Positions 11,665 to 22,510 of a stretch of DNA of 64,000 bases are shown here, piece after piece. Under the pieces are notes generated by a model. That model was not told the origin of the DNA and did no database searches. It saw only the letters and a list, made by a program, of their open reading frames with translations. The translations under genes and the position numbers were made by a program. The stretch is taken from positions 84,424,184 through 84,488,183 of the forward strand of contig NC_068984.1 in assembly GCF_001194135.2 (NCBI RefSeq). Direction: 5' to 3'. Every line of letters starts with the position of its first letter. Position 1 is the first letter of the stretch. The stretch is from Octopus bimaculoides. Lineage: Eukaryota.

Positions 11665-13356
11665 CAGACATGCAACAAGTAAATAGACACCTTTAATTTT
11701 CAAAATCTTTTATTTAATACGCAGAGCGAACAATTGAAATGTAATCGATAGGTAGGACTACATTCTTTAGTATTTAGTTGACATTCCCTTTGCAGTTTTT
11801 AATTCAGAAACTCTTTTTGGCATTGAACCTATGAGCTTTGTGATTGTCTCTTGTGGAATTTCTGCCCACTTTTCACGCAACAATCGAAACAGTTTGTAGT
11901 AACGCCGTGCGCATGCGTAGTCTCACGCATGCGTGGAATTAAACAAGCAAGCTTTCNNNNNNNNNNNNNNNNNNNNNNNNNNNNNNNNNNNNNNNNNNNN
12001 NNNNNNNNNNNNNNNNNNNNNNNNNNNNNNNNNNNNNNNNNNNNNNNNNNNNNNNNNNNNNNNNNNNNNNNNNNNNNNNNNNNNNNNNNNNNNNNNNNNN
12101 NNNNNNNNNNNNNNNNNNNNNNNNNNNNNNNNNNNNNNNNNNNNNNNNNNNNNNNNNNNNNNNNCTAAAGATGTATATATTTACCACCTAAATAAATGTT
12201 GTTTAAGTTGATAGTCCGGAGTTCAGCGTTCCGTTATATTCTTTAATTTTATATAGGAAAGTCAGGTATACATCTAATGATGTGTAACCAACTTTCCTAT
12301 AAGTTCATTTTTAGATTTAGGTTTCTGTCGAGTTTTTCGTATAGCTCTATCTAGTATGCTCCAAAGATTTTCAATTGGGTTCATGTCAGGATATTGGTTC
12401 GGCCAAGGAAGTTTTTTGATCCGATTTTCAGACAGCCATTGTTGATTTCTTTTCGCTGTGTGGCATGGAGCTCCATCTTCCATGAATAAAATCTTATTTT
12501 TCGTTATGTTATCGTGTGAATTCATCGGAAGTAGTCCTTGCTTAAGTATTTCAATTTATTTTTCAGAGTTTATAGTTCCAACACATTCTATCAGCTCAGA
12601 ACGACCATTGCTGGTGACAGCTCTCCATACCATTACAGAGATACCGCCATGTTTCACAATTGGTTGGAGTCGTTTCAAATCAAATCTATCAATTTCTTGA
12701 TTGGGAAGCCTCCAGACCCAAACACGTCCACTGTCTGAAAATAATGCAAATCTGGATTCATCTGAGAAAATCACTTTATCCCAAAATGAACTGGATTTTT
12801 CTGATATTTCCTTAGCCCATTTCTTTCTTTTCATGATATTCATTGGTTGAAGGAGAGGTTTTCTTCTAACTGCTCGTTCATAATACCCAAGCTTATACAG
12901 ATATGTAACACACGTTCTTGGACTAACTTCTAGCTGTTTTGCAATGTCAGAAGCCTTCAAACGGGTTCGTTTTCCACAATTTTCTTCAATCATTGAAGCT
13001 TCCTTTCCGAGGGCCCAGGTCGACCGGGACGAGAATTTGTTGATTCTTTTCCTTGGGTCTTGAATTGCCTTATAATTCTATTAACAGTAGCAATAGGAAT
13101 TTGAAGATTTTTGGCAATTTTTCGCTGGCTAAGATCAGCCTCAGATTGCCCAACAATACGACCTCTTTGAAAATCTGACAGTTCTGCTGAATTTTTTATA
13201 CGTGGCATGGTTACTCTTTGCAAATGTTTAATATAATGACACCTGGAATGAAAATGAATAATTACATTTTAAATTCTACACCGCTGAAAACATATTAAGA
13301 CTCTTAGATCAGAAATTTTGAAAATTAAAGGTGTCTATTTACTTCCTGCATGTCTG
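11665..13356 (-). mobile_element. Tc1-family DNA transposon (DD34E) with both TIRs; transposase pseudogene
   Basis: 42-bp TIRs at 11665-11706 and 13315-13356 with 2 mismatches, in a TA context. HTH ([11 protein letters not shown]), SDESRF, MEDGAPCH-x-NPIENLW with 34 residues between D and E, and C-terminal SMPKRVSELKTAKGMSTKY*. Frameshift near 12995, stop at 12556, insertion at 11895-12301. Confidence 0.93.
11895..12301. mobile_element. Insertion nested in the Tc1 transposase with a 4-bp target-site duplication
   Basis: AGTT at 11891-11894 and 12302-12305. Removing the insert and one TSD copy restores KPKSKNEL|FRLLREKWAEIP. Ends are TGTAG...CTATA; contains the N gap. Confidence 0.7.
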
Positions 13357-13537
13357 TGTATATATCGTCTGTAAAACATAAAACCGAAAGAAGAAGCGCA
13401 CTCTAAGATATAGAGCAATACATATTACAAATGGGGAAGACTGATTTATGGGATTACCTTAGGTTTCCCGTCCATAAAGGATTTAGCTTTATGGCGTGTC
13501 GTCAGACCCCAAAACCTGTTGAACCAAGACCTCTTAG

Positions 13538-13574
<37 letters not shown>

Positions 13575-13858
13575 TGTGGGTGGGTGGATGTGTGTGTCCG
13601 TGTGTTCACGTCAGACTGTTTTTGTTTGTTGGTTTGTGTATGTGCAATTTTTTGTTTGCATGCGTACTTTTAACGCAGTTTTCTCCTTTTTATCAGATTT
13701 GACAACTAAGACTTCGACTATACTTGAAAAGGTTTCGTTTCTTCGCCGATGATCTACGACTTTCCAGAGCTACTTTTAAATTACTAATCCATCTTACTGT
13801 ATAAATATTTGTCTATCTATCTGTCTGTCTGTCTATTACTTTCTGATTTTCTGGTCCC

Positions 13859-14235
13859 ATGGATGATACAGCATTTTTCACTTTCGAACCAAAACCTCTA
13901 CAGACAATATGTATCGAATTTTTGGTGGGGAACCTGGACACATACCAGTCTTTACATACATTACCTGTCACAGTAGCTCAAGAAATATTTATTGCTGCCG
14001 ACCATAATAACCAATTTTCGATTCCTTCAACAACGGTCTTCAAGAGATTGGAATTATTTTCGTCGACTTTCACCAAGTATTTTGTCTCAAGCCTTTCTTT
14101 GCGCCATTCAAGTCATCTGATTAATTATTTGTCCAGTGAATTCACAGTATTTTCCGGAGTTAGTTCCCTCGATTTGAGTCACTGCAAGCTTGGAGATCGC
14201 CATTCAATCTTGTCCCAGTTGAATTATTTTACTAA
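13859..14235 (+). CDS. LRRC42: LRRC42 coding exon 1
   Basis: ATG at 13859. MDDTAFFTFEPKPLQTICIEFL...LDLSHCKLGDRHSILSQL resembles human LRRC42 (..LDLSCCKLGDEHELLEHL). Donor aa|GTGAGT, phase 2. Confidence 0.9.
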
Positions 14236-14785
14236 GTGAGTATGTTACTCTGGGCATTATATGTCTTCGATTATTAAACAATAAAAGCACGTGTTTAGGC
14301 TCCCAAGGCGGGGTGGGGGAGTCACCTCAGAGTCTTTTTTTTTCCTAGTGCCAGATTTATCAAGGTCAAAAAGTAAAATTATAGTAGTTTTATTTAAAAA
14401 AAAAAAAAATTTTTTATTGTTGAATATTCGCATTTTTCCTATATAATATATCGTATTGATGACATATAAGACACAAAAAACGTCTCAAAAAACCACCCTG
14501 CATCCTATATGCGAAGTTGCTTTAAATACTACATGCTTTGATGCACAAAACCATTTTTTCCTTAAAATTGCTGCTGAAATTGGAATGCGATTAACATCCG
14601 GCTTGTATACCATCAAGTACGGTAAGTAAATATTCTTATGGGTATGTAAAGAAAAGCGAGAATCAAACGACTTCTCCGTATGAATGATGGACGTAAATAC
14701 CAGTCACTACAAGTAATGTCAGTGGACTAACAGACACCGGAGTTTCGATTTGATTTTGCCTCCTCAATGGTAGACATTACCCAGT

Positions 14786-15005
14786 GGAGACGCGTGGCTT
14801 AGTGGTTAGGATGTTGAACTCATGATCGTAAGATTGTAGTTTCGATTCCTGAACCGGGCAACGCGTTGTGTTCTTGAGCAAATCACTTTATTTCACATTA
14901 CTCCAGCTGGCAAAAATGAGTAATCCTGTGACGGACCAGTGTCCTATCCAGGTGAGGAATATATACGCCATGGGAACCGGCCATTACGAATCGGTATGAC
15001 TCGAG
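14786..15005 (+). mobile_element. Second tRNA-headed SINE family (also at about 462-680 and 1405-1660)
   Basis: ggagacgcgtggcttagtggttagg (A box), gtttcgattcc (B box), then gcgttgtgttcttgagcaa..cactttatttcac, which recurs at 462 and 1405. Confidence 0.7.
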
Positions 15006-16545
15006 AAGGAAACTGAACTTTGTTTTGAATATTACCCGGTCCTTTGGAGCCAAGCGAAACACGTGTTTCTATCAACGGAAATCAGTAAGCAAAACATTTG
15101 TTGGTGCGAGCAAAGACTTACCTAACTGAAACAAACAGTACCATTCTTAATACATTCTTCACACTCGAACTTGAACATGGCTTTTTGCTGTTGGATAGAT
15201 AAGTATCCATTTCCTTCTATTTTTTACTGCTCTTTAGTTAGGACTGATATAGTTAGCACTGATGAAGTAGACCTATGATCAAAGATGCTCCACCTAAGGC
15301 AATTCCACCTTTTCTTTATATTTTTTGATAATGTATATCAAGAACATTATCCAATATATTCCCATTCTTTTTTTAATTGCACACTCTGTGGCATGAAGAT
15401 TTGATGACTATTTCTAATAAATAAGGATCATCTGGCGACAATCACCTGTGAATGTTCTTAAATCTGACATATTCTATTCTTTTCCAAGGTGGTAAAATAT
15501 GATTTTAGGGAGATTTGGTTGCTGTTTGTAACAGACTAAACTGATCTAGTTTTTTTTTTTTCATTCGCAAAATATGCAGTAAAAAATCTGAAAATCGGCT
15601 ATAATAATATAGTTTTCCAGTCTAATTGCTATGAAGGTATGATGTTGTGGAGAAAGTAATTGGAGGAAAAAGTTACAGATTTTTTAAAATATAAAAAAAA
15701 CTGTATTTTTAACCAATAGCGAGAGAGAAATTTTCTGTGTTTAGCGGAGCAGTGTCAACTTTAAAGTTGTACCCTGTGAAATAATACCTGTATCTTATAT
15801 TCACCTTCATAATGCCAAGAAACTGTATAAACATCGCAAACAACTTTTGCTATATATGAAAAATATGTAAAATATTAAGATGATTGACGAAAAATATCTA
15901 TAATAAAATTCTGATTGATAAATATAAATTTTTATTAAAACAAAACACGAGGGTGAAGTAAATCTCGTGGTGCGAAGAATCAACACAACATGCAGATGAA
16001 ACACAACACAATGTGCGGTTGTCATGGTAACACGTTGTTAATGCCTCGCTATCTGTTGATTGGCTAAAATTACCTAAATTTCCCAACTTTACTTCCAAAT
16101 AACATCAGATTCTTTAATTCACGAGATAACATAATTGGTTGGTCATAGTCAAAATTCAGAGTTGCATCGATACACCAAAATTGAAAGCAATTTGAGCAAA
16201 ATAAAAGGGGGTTCATTTTGTGAATGAAAAATACGAGATCCGACTAAACGCCCATATAGAAGTTTCCACGTAGGCGTATGACAGAGCGATGAATTGGCAG
16301 AAATTATAGATCAGTTTATAAAAAGCCTTACAGCATTTAGTTACGGTCGTCTGCTTCTTGAGTTGAGTACTAGTGTAGATTTAATCTCCAGCTTTCTCTC
16401 CCAAACATCAATGAAACTGATCCCCCTTTGATGAAAACCTTTGATCACTGAATTGGTGGCTAGATAAATTAATAGTAATAATTTATGTTGCATTTGTTTT
16501 TGTCTTTTGACATATTAACTTTTAACATATAGTGTTGTATTACAG

Positions 16546-16664
16546 CTTGACATTGCTTGCTCTTCGTGATAATGGGCTGAGCCATCGAGGTATTGATCAC
16601 ATGACGATTTCTTTACGCCTTCTTAGAGGCGGGCAAAGAAATTTACAATATCTTGATATTTCAG
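16546..16664 (+). CDS. LRRC42: LRRC42 coding exon 2
   Basis: tattacAG acceptor and cag|GTAGGT donor; 119 nt, phase 2 to 1. NLTLLALRDNGLSHRGIDHMTISLRLLRGGQRNLQYLDIS corresponds to human VTQLHLKDNCLSDAGVRKMTAPVRVMKRGLENLTLLDLS. Confidence 0.9.
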
Positions 16665-17508
16665 GTAGGTATTTCTTTCGTTATAATCAAATCAACACAT
16701 TTTGTTTTTAATTATTTGTAGGGTGGAGCATTGACAGAGACTGAAGAGCACGAAATGCAACGCTCTGTGTTATTAAGTTACGAACTTTTAAGCTATGATT
16801 TCAAACCCTGTCAAGATCAACTTTGCTTTCATTATTCATGGGTCGATAAAATAAAGTATCAGTCAAGTGTTGGGAGTTGATATTTTTACAATGCACTAGC
16901 TGTAGTATTTTGTCTACTGGGAGGCAGGCTATCTCATTAACCCAGAATAGTGGTAGAAGCCTCTGATGAGAAACAACGTCATATTGGTCAAATTTTGAAA
17001 TCACGTGATAAGGTTTTGTCCAAATACTTCATTCTGTGAGTTTATCTCACCAGGGAAAGATGTTTTGGCTTGCTCACTCGCAATTCCTGTATATCTCATT
17101 GAGGTTAGTGCTTTATGTGGCTGTTTGAGTTAAATTTTGACTCATTTCTAGCAATTGCCAGTGCTATTTTACACCTTCGTTTATTAATTTTACCTTTTTG
17201 GTTTTAATTGCTAATGTGCCACCTATATTATAATGTATTTAATACATCTTACTATATTAATTTATTATTATATCTTATTGTATTATATATATATATCATA
17301 TCATATCATATCAGTCTATGGATGATTAAATTATAACAATTATTATAGTGCATTGTTGTGCCATTCAAGACACATTATTTTTTTTACAAACAATACACAA
17401 TGCTTCAAGCGAACTACAATACTCTCATATATATATATATATATATATATAAGGGTGGCATTTATAAAGCTCTATCACTTTATCTAAGTTTCAATCTTTA
17501 TTTCACAG

Positions 17509-17597
17509 ACAATCAAGATTTAGATGCCAGTTGTTTAGAATACTTAAAGGTGTTTCCAGAGCTCAAATACTTAGATATATCAAATACAGCAATATCT
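17509..17597 (+). CDS. LRRC42: LRRC42 coding exon 3
   Basis: tttcacAG acceptor and tct|GTAAGT donor; 89 nt, phase 1 to 0. DNQDLDASCLEYLKVFPELKYLDISNTAIS is an LRR unit corresponding to human NPEITDAGIGYLFSFRKLNCLDISGTGL. Confidence 0.9.
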
Positions 17598-18076
17598 GTA
17601 AGTCTTTCTTGTATCTACTTTAGTGTGTGTGTGTGTGTGTGTGTGTATGCCTGCGTGCGTGTGTATTTGAGAGAGAGTGAGAGCCAGTGAAAGAGAAAGA
17701 GACAGATAGACAAAGGAAGAAAGGATGTATGCATGTGTGTATGTCTGGTTACATTTGTTTTACACTATCCGACACTTCTTTTATGTTACAGTTCACTTTC
17801 CTATATTTTAAACCTTCCTTGTATACTTCTATTTCTCTTATACGACACTCAGGCACCAACACGCATGTGTCTGTGTTTGCCTTTTCTTCCATGTTTACGA
17901 ACTTTGTATAGTGTGATGTCACAAAAACAGTAGAAACCACAGCAATACAGTATTCTTTAGATATAGTGCCATAATGTATCAAGGACTGCATTATCCAATA
18001 TATTACTGCTTTTTTAAAGCAAATGAAATTTTAAAATTAGACTGAGGTTTGTGACAAGTTAAGCAACTACTTTTTG

Positions 18077-19210
18077 TACTTTCTTGTGTCTGCTTCTTTT
18101 TTTCTTTTCTTTTGTGTCGGCGGGGTGGGTTTGGTGTCTGTGGGGGGAGGGGGAGTTGAGAAGGTATGGGTGGGATAGGTGCGGGGTTCACTCTGACTTT
18201 CTTTCTCTTCCTCTGCTTTCTTTCTTCTGCCACCTTCCATGGTTCTTCTTCGTTCACTTCTGTTACTGTTACTTCTACCTTTTCCAGTTCCTTTCCGGCT
18301 TCCTCTTGGTTTTCCTTATTATTTTTTAAAGGGCAGTCCGCTCTAATATGGCCCTTTTGGCCACATATAAAGCAACGAGGGATTTTGACCTCTACCCAAA
18401 CTCTAAGCACCGCTTCTCCTATTGTTACTGTTTCCGCCATTTTTTCTAAGTACTCTGCTGTACTCTGCATTATAATGTCCAACACCTTTCCTTTCCAATT
18501 AGGGGCCTCTGTCTCTGTGGCTTGGAGCACAGTCACTTCCTTTTCGCTTCCTTGAAGCACACCAACGCCACCCAAGCCACATCTTCTTCCAAGGTACATG
18601 GGTTGGAGGATCACCCTTTCTGTTCTTAAAGGGTTCTCTGAATGTTCCTTTGCCTTTCTCATGCTTTTGAAATGATCTTCTACAGTACCATATCGGCTTC
18701 CTCTGGCAAGATATGTTATATCCTGCCAGATTGGCCTCAATGCCTTTTCTATTGTTTCAGTTGATTTGTTCTCTATATTCTTCTCTTTCACTGAGTAAAC
18801 TTTGTATACTATCGTTTTTTCCTCCATACTTTTCATTACTTCCTGAGGTGGTGACGACTTCACATCACCACCTTCCCTGTTTATCATTTTTTTCGAAGTT
18901 CCTTAAATTGGTTACATTCACCTCTCTTCTTGAGACCTCTGTCGTCTCTGCAAAACTCCTCTTCCTCAGATACTTATCCACCACGTCGACCACTCACACA
19001 AAATCCTCCTCAGAAGACGACAATTCAGTCCCACTAAGGTCTGAATAGAACGTATTCCTTGTTGAAAACCTAGCCATCTCTCTTCAAATGTGGAGAGAAA
19101 TCAGACAAACAAATCACTGCAAAGCAGCACAAAACAATCATCTATTCTTTAACTAATACAAATCGACAATGTAACAAGTGTAACCAATTGAATCTAGACA
19201 GACACTGAGA
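18077..19210 (-). mobile_element. LINE (L1/Tx1-like) 5' UTR and ORF1 with CCHC zinc knuckle, 3'-truncated, antisense in LRRC42 intron 3
   Basis: ATG at 19077 (MARFSTRN..., one stop and one frameshift) continues into ORF 18887-18003 with CFICGQKGHIRADC and a Lys/Pro-rich tail. No endonuclease or RT follows. Confidence 0.7.
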
Positions 19211-20189
19211 ACGTCACTTTATATGAGGGATGAACCGGAAGTCCCTGACTTCCACGTCAACCGGGAGCTTCTAGAATGTCTGAGAACTTTCTAGAAGGCC
19301 GAGGGGGATTACTCTTGTTAAATCCCTTTTCCGTTTTGCTTTCTTGCTTGATCGCTAGGGTTCACTACATAGTCACTGGTATTACATTACTTTCTGTAAC
19401 TGTCACAATATACTTTTCTAAGACTGAAATTTTTGTGGGGAGGGGCCCAGTCGATTAGATCGATGCCAGTACACAACTGGTTCTTAATTCATCGAGCCCC
19501 AAAGGACGAAAGGCAAAGTTGACCTCGGCAGAATTTGAACTCAGAACGTAAAGATAGACAATCATAATATACAAAGATCTCTCATGGCACCAGTACACTG
19601 TTTACAAACGCTTACAATTTTAATATTTTCCATGAATTTTTCACAGGTCCAGCTAGTATGTATGATCCTTCCATACTTGCTTCCTTCACGTGCAATGGAA
19701 AATATCTAAGACATACTTGTTATTAAGTCAAGTAAGCACAAAATAAACAAAAACCTTAAAACAAGTGTTTTTATTAAATGAAATCTATCCAGAAAATGTG
19801 TGTGAATGATTACGTTGCATGCATGTTTCTGTTTGTGTAACTGTTACACTGGTGATGATGTTTTAGATTAACATAACCTTCAGTTTTCATCTGCTTACAA
19901 TCTCATTTTGATATTCATATCTAAATTTATGGCAGTTGGATGTAGAATTATTGTAGTGCTATATCTCTGATGGTCTACTGCTGGAGAAGATGGCAATAAT
20001 AATGCTGGATTGTAATGGTGGCAATGGGTTTTGATGTGAAGAAATAGCAGCCAAATCTCTCATGTTACACGTTCCCATCTTTAAATAAAAATGGCCACAT
20101 TGAAGAATGTAGTTTCTGATATACAACAACAGCAATAATGTCGTATTGAACTAATATATTTCATTATTATTTCCCCGCTTACTTTGCAG

Positions 20190-20379
20190 AATAAAGATGC
20201 TGCTTTGAGAAAATTTCCTTTAAAGATATTTCTGTCATCAACAAAAGTGGATTATGAAGATATAAAAGAGGATGTGTTTCGGATTGAAACCCTAGGTTGG
20301 GCAAGTCATGTCTTCAATTCTTGGTCAAAATGGTACAAAAATAAAACCAAACGATCTAAACATAGACAATATGCTCCCT
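20190..20379 (+). CDS. LRRC42: LRRC42 coding exon 4
   Basis: tactttgcAG acceptor and t|GTAAGT donor; 190 nt, phase 0 to 1. Contains IETLGWASHVFNSW, similar to human CKTEGWADQIVLQW. Confidence 0.85.
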
Positions 20380-21393
20380 GTAAGTCATTTGCATCATCCT
20401 ACATTTTTATAGTTTAACTGTTTTAATGATACATGGTTCCATCCTAATGCATGGTATCTTGCATGATATCTTGTGCATGTGTCTTTTTATCATAGCCTGG
20501 AACTGATCAAATTCTTGTGAGTGAAATTGAGTAGATTGAAACTGTATGAACAGCATCTGTTCTTAGGTAGAGAGAGCTTTAAAACTTACCTGTCACCAGG
20601 TTTCCCACCACCACCAGCCTTTGAACACCTTCAGCAGAGTTCATTCTATTGAAATCATTTGATCAAGGACTCCAGTTTGGGAATAACTCATTGTTTTGAT
20701 ATGCTACCTCCCACAACAGCTAAACATTAGCTGTGGTTTTCATTGTTCTTTTTTACACTGGTATCAGAGACCCTGCAAAAGTCATGAGCAATGCCTTTTG
20801 TCTCTGACAAAATCATAAAAAAAATTTGAGGTCCCACCTTCTCAGGTATAATTGATTACCTTAACCCCAATAGTTATTTTTAACAGGTTGTACAAATTTT
20901 ATTGACATTTTGAAGGGTAAAAGGCAAAGTGAATCTGAGTGGGGTTTGAATTTTAAATGGGAAGGGACATAAACCATGTTGTACAGGTTATTTCCTTGCC
21001 TACTATTGGTGGCAAGCACTCTTCTAAATATTGAATATCTTACATGGGGCCTACTATATTTGCGTTAGTTTCTTGTGGAGATATGTGGTACAAAGATATC
21101 CCTAAAATTGTATAAGATTCACATGCCTAAGATAATGCCTTCAAGATATTTATTCACTTGCAATAAATGAGAGCAACTGAAGGCTAAATAGGAGAGGAGT
21201 GTAAAAGGAATTTTAAAAAATGGAAGAAAAACAGATTGAGGAACAAAAAGAGAAGGTATGTAAAATATAAGAGCACCCTGCTCCATGAGATAACATGAAG
21301 TTCATTGTCTTGCAAGTGAGCAATATGTTTCTGTGATCTAAGTTGGGTTTTACACAGTAGTTGAAGATGATGTTGGTGTATTGTGTGGAGAGG

Positions 21394-21486
21394 AAAATTT
21401 AGGGTTGATTTGCAAGCTACATGCAAAATTTAGGGTTTATTTACAAGCTACATGAAAAATTTAGGGTTGATTTACAAGCTACATGC
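21394..21486. repeat. 31-bp minisatellite, 3 copies, each containing TTAGGG
   Basis: Unit aaaatttagggttgatttacaagctacatgc with 1-2 differences per copy. Confidence 0.9.
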
Positions 21487-22044
21487 TAAAATAAGACGTG
21501 TGAAAACCACATCAATGATGTATCAGTAGGACTGAACCTGGAACTACATGATTGTAAAGCAAACTTTTTAACCAAGCAATCAGATCAATTATTGATTTCA
21601 AACTCTGGCACAAAGCCAGCAATTTTGGAGGAGGGGGTATTACTTCATCCCCCACCCCCACCCCATCCCAGTGCTTAACTGGTACTTATTTTTATCAACT
21701 CTGAAAGGATGAAAGGTAAAGTCGACCTCAACAGATTTTGAACTCAAAACATAAAGATGGATGAAATGCTGTTAAGCATTTGGCCAGGCATGTTAATGAT
21801 TCTGCCAGATCACTGCCAACCAAAACAATAATTAACCACTGTAATTATTCATTATTGCATTTGTTTGTAGTGCACAATTCATAATTTTAGTGGTATAATA
21901 ACAAATAAAGAATGAGAATAAAACTCTCATTAGTTTTATTAGTATTAATTTAAACCCTCAGAGTTTTGCTTTTTCTTAATTTTCATTTACCCCTTTAGCA
22001 TTTAAACTGGCCATATCCAGTCCAAATATTCTACATCATCATCA

Positions 22045-22510
22045 TCATCATCGTCGTTTAACATCCGCTTTCCATGCTAGCATGGGTTGGACGATTTGAC
22101 TGAGGACTGGTGAAACCAGATGGCTACACCAGGCTCCAATTTGATTTGGCAGAGTTTCTACAGCTGGATGCCCTTCCTAACACCAACCACTCCGAGAGTG
22201 TAGCGGGTGCTTTTACGTGCCACCGGCACGAAGGCCAGTCAGACGGTACTGGCAACGGCCACGCTCAAAATGGTGTATTTTACGTGCAACCCACACAGGA
22301 GCCAGTTCGGCGGCACTGGCAATGATCTCGCTCAAATGTTTTTACACATGCCATCTGGCACAAGTGCCAGGAAGGCGATGCTGGGCACAGGTGCCATGAT
22401 GATTTCGCTTTTGCTTGCCCCAACAGGTTTTCGCAAGCCGAGTTTCGTGTCCAATGAAGGAGACGACATTGGCATGGGTGCCAGTCATCGAATTTAATTC
22501 GATTTCGATT
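22045..22510 (-). mobile_element. Abundant (GAT)n-tailed retroposon (SINE or LINE 3' end) with internal subrepeats
   Basis: catcatcgtttaac.tccgctttccatgctagcatggg...tttctacagctggatgcccttcctaac. Further copies at about 23965, 43350, 44660, 45755, 47405, 47880, 51137, 51968, 56518 and 56950, in both orientations. Confidence 0.8.
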
